Shown here: positions 58,303 to 64,000 of the stretch, one piece after another
How positions within the stretch are numbered: the stretch's first letter is position 1
Layout: every line of letters starts with the position of its first letter
Translations under genes and position numbers: made by a program
Notes under the pieces: model-generated
What the model saw: the letters and a program-made list of their open reading frames with translations, nothing else
What the model was told of the DNA's origin: nothing
Database searches by the model: none
Virus record (IMG/VR): IMGVR_UViG_3300027375_000001
Direction: 5' to 3' (one strand)
Length of the DNA stretch: 64,000 nucleotides
Source of the DNA: a virus
Lineage: Duplodnaviria; Heunggongvirae; Uroviricota; Caudoviricetes

Positions 58303-58932
58303 ATGGAGAAGGTTATTAACGGCAATGTAATTCTTGATGAATTGGTTCTTTTTAAATTGCCGGAATTTCTCAATGGTGCTGTAGTCAATGGGATGTTTTC
58401 ATGTATAGAAAATTATCTTTATACATTAGAGAATAGCCCAAGAGTAGTACAAACATTTGATTGTTATTCAAATAGGCTTAAATCATTAAAAGGAGGCCCC
58501 GAGAAAGTAAAAGGATCCTTTGACTGCTCTTGCAACTCTCTCACTACTCTAGAAGGAGGTCCAATAGAAGTAGGGACAGATTACGATTGTGGTATTAACT
58601 CACTCGTGTCATTAGAAGGAGCCCCCGATGAAGTAGATGGGATTTTCTATTGCAATGATAATAAACTTTCTACACTAGAGGGAGCTCCTAAGAGAGTAGG
58701 TGGGGATTTCTATTGCTATAACAACAATCTCACCTCTTTGAAAGGTGCACCGAGAATAGTAAAATATTCATTTTCATGCATTGACAATCCTCTGGTTTCA
58801 TTAGAGGGCATACCATCAGAAATTGGCGAAGATTTTTATATTCCTTTGAAATTGAAAGAATTTTTCCCAGAAACAGAAATTAGGAAACGGTCGAAAATCC
58901 GAGGGTTTGTTAAATATATTAAGGACCGGTAA
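58303..58932 (+). CDS. repeat protein family member 1 (divergent founder; about six 21-aa Cys/Leu-rich repeats)
   Basis: Repeats of the form (F/Y)xCxxNxL(T/V)(S/T)LEG(A/G)PxxV.G with the family C-terminus (EIGEDFYIPLKL...IRKRSKIRG). Confidence 0.55.
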   Translation: MEKVINGNVILDELVLFKLPEFLNGAVVNGMFSCIENYLYTLENSPRVVQTFDCYSNRLKSLKGGPEKVKGSFDCSCNSLTTLEGGPIEVGTDYDCGINSLVSLEGAPDEVDGIFYCNDNKLSTLEGAPKRVGGDFYCYNNNLTSLKGAPRIVKYSFSCIDNPLVSLEGIPSEIGEDFYIPLKLKEFFPETEIRKRSKIRGFVKYIKDR

Positions 58933-58947
58933 TCCGAATATTTTTAT

Positions 58948-59448
58948 ATGTCGAAAGAAATTCATGGAAGTGTTAATGTTAGTAAATTATACATCACTAA
59001 AATACCAGACTTCATGAAAGAGGTTATGGTTGTACATGGCATGTTCCATTGCGCTTTCAACTTCCTATCCTCTCTAGAAGGTGCTCCAGAGAAAGTAGGT
59101 CGTGGTTTCTATTGCTACAACAACTCCCTCACATCCTTAGAAGGAGCCCCAGAGAAAGTAGGTGGAAATTACAACTGTACATATAACAGTCTCAAGACCC
59201 TAAATGGAGCTCCAGCCAAAGTATATGGATATTTTGATTGCTCTTATAACTCTCTCACTTCCTTAGAAGGTGCTCCAGAGGAAGTAGGAGGAAATTTCAG
59301 TTGTATTTACAATCCTCTCATTTCACTAGAAGGATTACCTAAAAAGATTGGTGAAGATCTTTATATCTCTTCTGCTAAAGGGATCTATTTCACGAAGGAG
59401 GAAATTAGAAAAGTGTCAAATATTAAAGGCAGAATCATCAATGTATAA
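58948..59448 (+). CDS. repeat protein family member 2 (about five repeats)
   Basis: FYCYNNSLTSLEGAPEKVGGNYNC... repeats. Conserved C-terminus LEGLPKKIGEDLYISSAKGIYFTKEEIRKVSNIKGR. Confidence 0.6.
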   Translation: MSKEIHGSVNVSKLYITKIPDFMKEVMVVHGMFHCAFNFLSSLEGAPEKVGRGFYCYNNSLTSLEGAPEKVGGNYNCTYNSLKTLNGAPAKVYGYFDCSYNSLTSLEGAPEEVGGNFSCIYNPLISLEGLPKKIGEDLYISSAKGIYFTKEEIRKVSNIKGRIINV

Positions 59449-59483
59449 GTTGAGATCGACTACGCCCTAAGCTATAGTATTGT

Positions 59484-59861
59484 ATGATCAAAGTGATCCA
59501 AGGAGATGTCGATCTTAGTGATTTGTACCTCGAGAAACTACCAGATTTCTTGGAAGATGTGATAGTGAAGGGTGATTTCTTTTGCGGCAACAACTCTCTC
59601 ACATCCTTAGAAGGGGCTCCAAAGAAAGTAGGTGGTAATTTCTATTGCCCCTACAACTCTTTCACATCCTTAGAAGGAGCACCGGAGAAAGTAGGTGGTA
59701 ATTTCTTTTGCCACGACAACAAACTTACATCTTTAGAAGGTTTACCTAAAGAGATTGGTAGAATTCTTTGGATCTCTTTTGCAAAAGGGATCCATTTCAC
59801 AGAAGAGGAAATCAGAAAAGTATCCAAGATCAAAGGGAGAGTTTATATCATTGAAGAATAA
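59484..59861 (+). CDS. repeat protein family member 3 (three repeats)
   Basis: Conserved N-terminus MIKVIQGDVDLSDLYLEKLPDFLEDVIVKGDFFC and C-terminus ...ISFAKGIHFTEEEIRKVSKIKGRVYIIEE. Confidence 0.65.
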   Translation: MIKVIQGDVDLSDLYLEKLPDFLEDVIVKGDFFCGNNSLTSLEGAPKKVGGNFYCPYNSFTSLEGAPEKVGGNFFCHDNKLTSLEGLPKEIGRILWISFAKGIHFTEEEIRKVSKIKGRVYIIEE

Positions 59862-59884
59862 GACGCCCTAATCTATAGTATTGT

Positions 59885-60511
59885 ATGATCAAAGTGATTC
59901 AAGAAAACGTCGATCTTAGTGCTTTGTACCTAGACCGATTGCCAGATTTCTTGGAAGATGTGATAGTGAAGGGTAATTTCCTTTGCTACAACAACTCCCT
60001 CACATCCTTGGAAGGGGCGCCAGAGAAAGTAGAAGGTCATTTCTCTTGCACCAACAACTCCCTCACTTCTCTGAAAGGGGCGCCAAAGGAAGTAGGACGT
60101 TATTTCCATTGCTACAACAACTCTCTGACTTCCCTGAAAGGAGCACCAGAGAAAGTAGGAGGCAGTTTCCATTGCTACAACAACTCTCTCACTTCCTTGG
60201 AAGGTGCTCCAGAGAAAGTAGAAGGCGATTTCTTTTGTGACCAAAACCCTCTCACTTCTCTAGAAGGGTCACCAATGGAAGTAGGTGGTGATTTCTATTG
60301 CTACAACAACTCTCTGGCTTCCCTGAAAGGTGCTCCAGAGAAAGTAGGCGGTGATTTCTCGTGCTACAACTCTCTCACTTCCTTAGAAGGCCTACCTAAA
60401 GAGATTGGTGGAAATCTTTGGATCTCTTTTGCAAAAGGAATCTATTTCACAGAAGAGGAAATTAGAAAAGTATCTAAGATCAAAGAGTATGTTTATATCC
60501 TTGAAGAATAA
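59885..60511 (+). CDS. repeat protein family member 4 (seven to eight repeats)
   Basis: Same conserved termini with 63-nt tandem coding repeats. Confidence 0.65.
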   Translation: MIKVIQENVDLSALYLDRLPDFLEDVIVKGNFLCYNNSLTSLEGAPEKVEGHFSCTNNSLTSLKGAPKEVGRYFHCYNNSLTSLKGAPEKVGGSFHCYNNSLTSLEGAPEKVEGDFFCDQNPLTSLEGSPMEVGGDFYCYNNSLASLKGAPEKVGGDFSCYNSLTSLEGLPKEIGGNLWISFAKGIYFTEEEIRKVSKIKEYVYILEE

Positions 60512-60534
60512 GACGCCCTAAGCTATAGTATTGT

Positions 60535-61038
60535 ATGCCAAAAGTGATTCAAGAAGATGTCGATCTTAGGAGTTTGCACCTAGACCGATTGCCAGATTTT
60601 CTCGAAGATGTGATAGTAAAGGGTGAGTTCTATTGCACCAACAACTCTCTCACATCTTTGGAAGGAGCACCAATGGAAGTGGGTGGGCATTTCTATTGCT
60701 CCAACAACTCCCTCACATCCTTGGAAGGAGCACCAAAGAAAGTAGGTGGGCATTTCTTTTGCTCCAACAACTCCCTCACATCTTTGGAAGGAGCACCAGA
60801 GAAAGTAGGTGGAAGTTTCTATTGCTACAACAACTCTCTCACTTCCTTGGAAGGAGCTCCAAAGAAAGTAGGTCGTGATTTCTATTGCGACCATAACTCT
60901 CTCACTTCCTTAGAAGGCCTACCTAAAGAGATTGGTGGAAATCTTTGGATCTCTTTTGCAAAAGGAATCTATTTCACAGAAGAGGAAATTAGAAAAGTAT
61001 CTAAGATCAAAGGGAAAGTTTATATCCTTGATGCCTAA
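60535..61038 (+). CDS. repeat protein family member 5 (five repeats)
   Basis: Same conserved termini. Preceded by the 23-nt conserved upstream motif. Confidence 0.65.
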   Translation: MPKVIQEDVDLRSLHLDRLPDFLEDVIVKGEFYCTNNSLTSLEGAPMEVGGHFYCSNNSLTSLEGAPKKVGGHFFCSNNSLTSLEGAPEKVGGSFYCYNNSLTSLEGAPKKVGRDFYCDHNSLTSLEGLPKEIGGNLWISFAKGIYFTEEEIRKVSKIKGKVYILDA

Positions 61039-61061
61039 GACGCCCTAAGCTATAGTATTGT
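61039..61061 (+). promoter_or_regulatory. conserved 23-nt upstream element GACGCCCTAAGCTATAGTATTGT abutting the ATG of array paralogs
   Basis: The same 23-mer (0-2 mismatches) fills the spacers 59862-59884, 60512-60534, 61039-61061, 61503-61525, 61904-61926, 62431-62453, 62895-62917 and 63485-63507. Its TATAGTAT core resembles the short A/T-rich late-promoter boxes of T4-like phages. Related GTATAGTTAT boxes lie upstream of 56354 and 56935. Confidence 0.45.
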
Positions 61062-61502
61062 ATGCCAAAAGTGATTCAAGAAGATGTCGATCTTAGGAGT
61101 TTGCATCTCGAGAAACTACCAGATTTCTTGGAAGATGTGATAGTGAAGGGTGATTTCTATTGCCCCTACAACTCTCTCACATCCCTGAAAGGTGCTCCAA
61201 AGAAAGTAGGTGGTGATTTCTATTGCCACAACAACTCTCTCACATCCTTAGAAGGAGCACCAAAGGAAGTAGGTGGAAGTTTCTTATGCCCCTACAACTC
61301 TCTCACATCCTTAGAAGGAGCCCCAAAGGAAGTAGGTGGGTATTTCTTTTGCTCCTACAACTCTCTCACTTCCTTGGAAGGCCTACCTAAAGAGATTGGT
61401 GAAGATCTTTATATCTCCTTTGCAAAAGGAATCTATTTCACGGAAGAAGAGATAAGAAAAGTGTCAAATATTAAAGGGAGAGTTTATATCATTGAAGCCT
61501 AA
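61062..61502 (+). CDS. repeat protein family member 6 (four repeats)
   Basis: Same conserved termini. Preceded by the 23-nt conserved upstream motif. Confidence 0.65.
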   Translation: MPKVIQEDVDLRSLHLEKLPDFLEDVIVKGDFYCPYNSLTSLKGAPKKVGGDFYCHNNSLTSLEGAPKEVGGSFLCPYNSLTSLEGAPKEVGGYFFCSYNSLTSLEGLPKEIGEDLYISFAKGIYFTEEEIRKVSNIKGRVYIIEA

Positions 61503-61525
61503 GACGCCCTAATCTATAGTATTGT

Positions 61526-61903
61526 ATGCCAAAAGTGATTCAAGAAGATGTCGATCTTAGTGATTTGTACCTCGAGAAACTACCAGATTTTCTGGAAGAT
61601 GTGATAGTGAAGGGTGATTTCTTTTGCTGCAACAACTCTCTCACTTCCTTGGAAGGGGCTCCAAAGAAAGTAGGTGGTGGTTTCTATTGCGAATACAACT
61701 CTCTCACTACTCTGAAAGGGGCACCAGAGAAAGTAGGCAGTGATTTCAATTGCTCCAACAACTCTCTCACATCCTTAGAAGGTCTACCTAAAGTGATCGG
61801 TGGAGATCTTTATATCTCCTTTGCAAAAGGAATCTATTTCACAGAAGAGGAAATTAGAAAAGTATCCAAGATCAAATGGAGAGTTTATATCAGTGAAGCC
61901 TAA
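61526..61903 (+). CDS. repeat protein family member 7 (three repeats)
   Basis: Same conserved termini. Preceded by the 23-nt conserved upstream motif. Confidence 0.65.
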   Translation: MPKVIQEDVDLSDLYLEKLPDFLEDVIVKGDFFCCNNSLTSLEGAPKKVGGGFYCEYNSLTTLKGAPEKVGSDFNCSNNSLTSLEGLPKVIGGDLYISFAKGIYFTEEEIRKVSKIKWRVYISEA

Positions 61904-61926
61904 GACGCCCGAAGCTATAGTATTGT

Positions 61927-62430
61927 ATGCCAAAAGTGATCCAAGGAGATGTCAGTCTTAGTGCTTTGCACCTAGACCGATTACCAGATTTCTTGGAAGA
62001 TGTGATAGTGAAGGGTCATTTCTTTTGCCACAACAACTCTCTCGCTTCCTTGGAAGGGGCACCAGAGAAAGTAGGTGGAAGTTTCTATTGTCACAACAAC
62101 TCGCTCACATCCCTGAAAGGGTCACCAGAGAAAGTAGGTGGAAGTTTCTATTGTCACAACAACTCGCTCACATCCCTGAAAGGGTCACCAGAGAAAGTAG
62201 GCGGTGATTTCTCTTGCTACAACAACTCTCTCACATCCTTAGAAGGAGCACCAGAGAAAGTAGGTGGTAATTTCTTTTGCCACAACAACTCTCTCACTTC
62301 CTTGGAAGGAGCACCTAAAGAGATCGGCGGAAATCTTTATATCTCTTTTGCAAAAGAGATCCATTTCACAGAAGAGGAAATCAGAAAAGTATCTAAGATC
62401 AAAGGGAAAGTTTATATCCTTGATGCCTAA
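61927..62430 (+). CDS. repeat protein family member 8 (five repeats, two of them identical at the DNA level)
   Basis: Two consecutive identical 63-nt units encode HNNSLTSLKGSPEKVGGSFYC twice. Confidence 0.65.
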   Translation: MPKVIQGDVSLSALHLDRLPDFLEDVIVKGHFFCHNNSLASLEGAPEKVGGSFYCHNNSLTSLKGSPEKVGGSFYCHNNSLTSLKGSPEKVGGDFSCYNNSLTSLEGAPEKVGGNFFCHNNSLTSLEGAPKEIGGNLYISFAKEIHFTEEEIRKVSKIKGKVYILDA

Positions 62431-62453
62431 GACGCCCTAAGCTATAGTATTGT

Positions 62454-62894
62454 ATGATCAAAGCGATTCAAGGAAATGTCGATCTTAGTGATTTGTACCT
62501 CAAGAAACTACCAGATTTCTTGGAAGATGTGATAGTGAAGGGTGATTTCTCTTGCCACAACAACTCCCTCACATCCTTGGAAGGAGCACCAAAGAAAGTA
62601 GGTGGGCATTTCTTTTGCTCCAACAACTCCCTCACATCTTTGGAAGGAGCACCAGAGAAAGTAGGTGGAAGTTTCTATTGCTACAACAACTCTCTCACTT
62701 CCTTGGAAGGAGCTCCAAAGAAAGTAGGTCGTGATTTCTATTGCGACCATAACTCTCTCACTTCCTTAGAAGGCCTACCTAAAGAGATTGGTGGAAATCT
62801 TTGGATCTCTTTTGCAAAAGGAATCTATTTCACAGAAGAGGAAATTAGAAAAGTATCTAAGATCAAAGGGAAAGTTTATATCAGTGAAGCCTAA
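62454..62894 (+). CDS. repeat protein family member 9 (four repeats; mosaic with member 5)
   Basis: The repeat block GHFFCSNNSLTSLEGAPEKVGGSFYCYNNSLTSLEGAPKKVGRDFYCDHNSLTSLEGLPKEIGGNLW is identical to that of member 5. Confidence 0.65.
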   Translation: MIKAIQGNVDLSDLYLKKLPDFLEDVIVKGDFSCHNNSLTSLEGAPKKVGGHFFCSNNSLTSLEGAPEKVGGSFYCYNNSLTSLEGAPKKVGRDFYCDHNSLTSLEGLPKEIGGNLWISFAKGIYFTEEEIRKVSKIKGKVYISEA

Positions 62895-62917
62895 GACGCC
62901 CGAAGCTATAGTATTGT

Positions 62918-63484
62918 ATGCCAAAAGTGATTCAAGAAGATGTCGATCTTAGGAGTTTGTACCTCGAGAAACTACCAGATTTCTTGGAAGATGTGATAGT
63001 GAAGGGTGATTTCTCTTGCAACGACAACTCTCTCACATCTTTGGAAGGAGCACCAAAGGAAGTAGGTCGTGATTTCTATTGCTCCTACAACTCTCTCACT
63101 TCCTTGGAAGGAGCACCAGAGAAAGTAGGTGGTGATTTCTCTTGCCACAACAACTCCCTCACTTCCTTAGAAGGAGCACCAAAGGAAGTAGGTCGTGATT
63201 TCTCTTGCACCTACAACCCTCTCACATCCCTGAAAGGTGCTCCAGAGAAAGTAGGAAGTGGTTTCTATTGCCCCTACAACTCTCTCACTTCCCTGAAAGG
63301 AGCACCAGAGAAAGTAGGTGGGTATTTCTATTGCCCCTACAACCCCCTCACTTCCTTAGAAGGTTTACCTAAAGAGATTGGTGAAGATCTTTATATCTCT
63401 TTTGCAAAAGAGATCCATTTCACAGAAGAGGAAATCAGAAAAGTATCTAAGATCAAAGGGAAAGTTTATATCCTTGATGCCTAA
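62918..63484 (+). CDS. repeat protein family member 10 (six repeats)
   Basis: Same conserved termini. Confidence 0.65.
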   Translation: MPKVIQEDVDLRSLYLEKLPDFLEDVIVKGDFSCNDNSLTSLEGAPKEVGRDFYCSYNSLTSLEGAPEKVGGDFSCHNNSLTSLEGAPKEVGRDFSCTYNPLTSLKGAPEKVGSGFYCPYNSLTSLKGAPEKVGGYFYCPYNPLTSLEGLPKEIGEDLYISFAKEIHFTEEEIRKVSKIKGKVYILDA

Positions 63485-63507
63485 GACGCCCTAATCTATA
63501 GTATTGT

Positions 63508-64000
63508 ATGATCAAAGCGATTCAAGGAAATGTCGATCTTAGTGATTTGTACCTAGACCGATTGCCAGATTTCTTGGAAGATGTGATAGTGAAGGGATAT
63601 TTCTATTGCTCCTACAACTCCCTCACTTCCTTAGAAGGAGCACCAGAGAAAGTAGAGGGTCATTTCTTTTGCCACAACAACTCTCTCGCTTCCTTGGAAG
63701 GGGCACCAGAGAAAGTAGGTGGAAGTTTCTATTGTCACAACAACTCGCTCACATCCCTGAAAGGGTCACCAGAGAAAGTAGGTGGAAGTTTCTATTGTCA
63801 CAACAACTCGCTCACATCCCTGAAAGGGTCACCAGAGAAAGTAGGCGGTGATTTCTCTTGCTACAACAACTCTCTCACATCCTTAGAAGGAGCACCAGAG
63901 AAAGTAGGTGGTAATTTCTTTTGCCACAACAACTCTCTCACTTCCTTGGAAGGAGCACCTAAAGAGATCGGCGGAAATCTTTATATCTCTTTTGCAAAAG
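63508..64000 (+). CDS. repeat protein family member 11 (3'-partial; at least seven repeats, runs off the window)
   Basis: ATG at 63508 after the conserved 23-nt motif. No stop before the window end. The C-terminal half duplicates member 8's repeat block. Confidence 0.6.
   Translation, partial: MIKAIQGNVDLSDLYLDRLPDFLEDVIVKGYFYCSYNSLTSLEGAPEKVEGHFFCHNNSLASLEGAPEKVGGSFYCHNNSLTSLKGSPEKVGGSFYCHNNSLTSLKGSPEKVGGDFSCYNNSLTSLEGAPEKVGGNFFCHNNSLTSLEGAPKEIGGNLYISFAK

Larger units (their letters stand above)
58303..64000 (+). repeat. head-to-tail array of at least 11 paralogous genes built from near-identical 63-bp coding units
   Basis: Directly visible periodicity, e.g. ttctattgctacaacaactctctcacttccttggaaggagcaccagagaaagtaggtgg recurring with few substitutions. 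Gene-to-gene spacers are identical. Confidence 0.8.

Noticed and set aside
59930-63851. Opposite-strand and alternate-frame ORFs inside the repeat array (e.g. 59930..60244-, 59983..60240+, 60580..60894-, 62025..62207+, 63606..63851+)
   Set aside because: They are frame artefacts of the 63-bp coding repeats, always nested in the longer family genes.
58303-64000. CRISPR array interpretation of the 63-bp periodic repeats
   Set aside because: The repeats are in-frame coding units inside long ORFs with conserved protein caps. There is no repeat/unique-spacer alternation.
1-64000. Giant eukaryotic virus (Mimiviridae-like) origin suggested by FNIP/LRR-like repeats, many tRNAs and an ATP-dependent ligase
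   Set aside because: Lipobox lipoproteins, an OMP with C-terminal Phe, PhoH, TraR/DksA finger, SPFH, SD sequences (AGGAGG), ATGA gene overlaps and rho-independent terminators all indicate a bacteriophage of a Gram-negative host.

Overview
This 64-kb window is AT-rich and looks like part of a large virulent dsDNA phage of a Gram-negative host, probably a jumbo myovirus. Host evidence comes from lipobox lipoproteins, an outer-membrane beta-barrel ending in Phe, and PhoH, HNH and SPFH genes. The window has five parts. (1) 1-14.4 kb holds very large S/T/N-rich structural or fibre genes. (2) 14.4-30.4 kb holds metabolic and replication genes: a GT-A glycosyltransferase, a 2OG-oxygenase-like protein, phoH, class I ribonucleotide reductase, a DEDDh exonuclease and an RmlD-like sugar reductase. 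The nrdA gene is 'fractured': a split intein with a free-standing HNH endonuclease ORF between its halves. (3) 30.4-38.9 kb is a dense minus-strand cluster of about 30 tRNA genes, interrupted by an OMP-like gene, a DNA ligase and small ORFs. It includes short-variable-arm tRNAs carrying leucine anticodons and no canonical long-arm tRNA-Leu. (4) 39-58 kb encodes small early-type proteins: Macro domain, RadA-like ATPase, HNH, ThyX, metallophosphatase, a lipoprotein/SPFH/3D envelope module, an OB-fold RNA ligase and a ppGpp-hydrolase HD domain. It also holds a plus-strand tRNA with anticodon UAA and a tRNA(CAU) gene interrupted by a roughly 207-nt group I intron. (5) 58.3-64 kb is a head-to-tail array of at least 11 paralogous genes, running off the window end. 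Each has conserved ends and 3-8 copies of a 21-aa Cys/Leu-rich repeat, and most are preceded by an identical 23-nt upstream motif. All coordinates and anticodons are hand-derived from the sequence and need tool confirmation.
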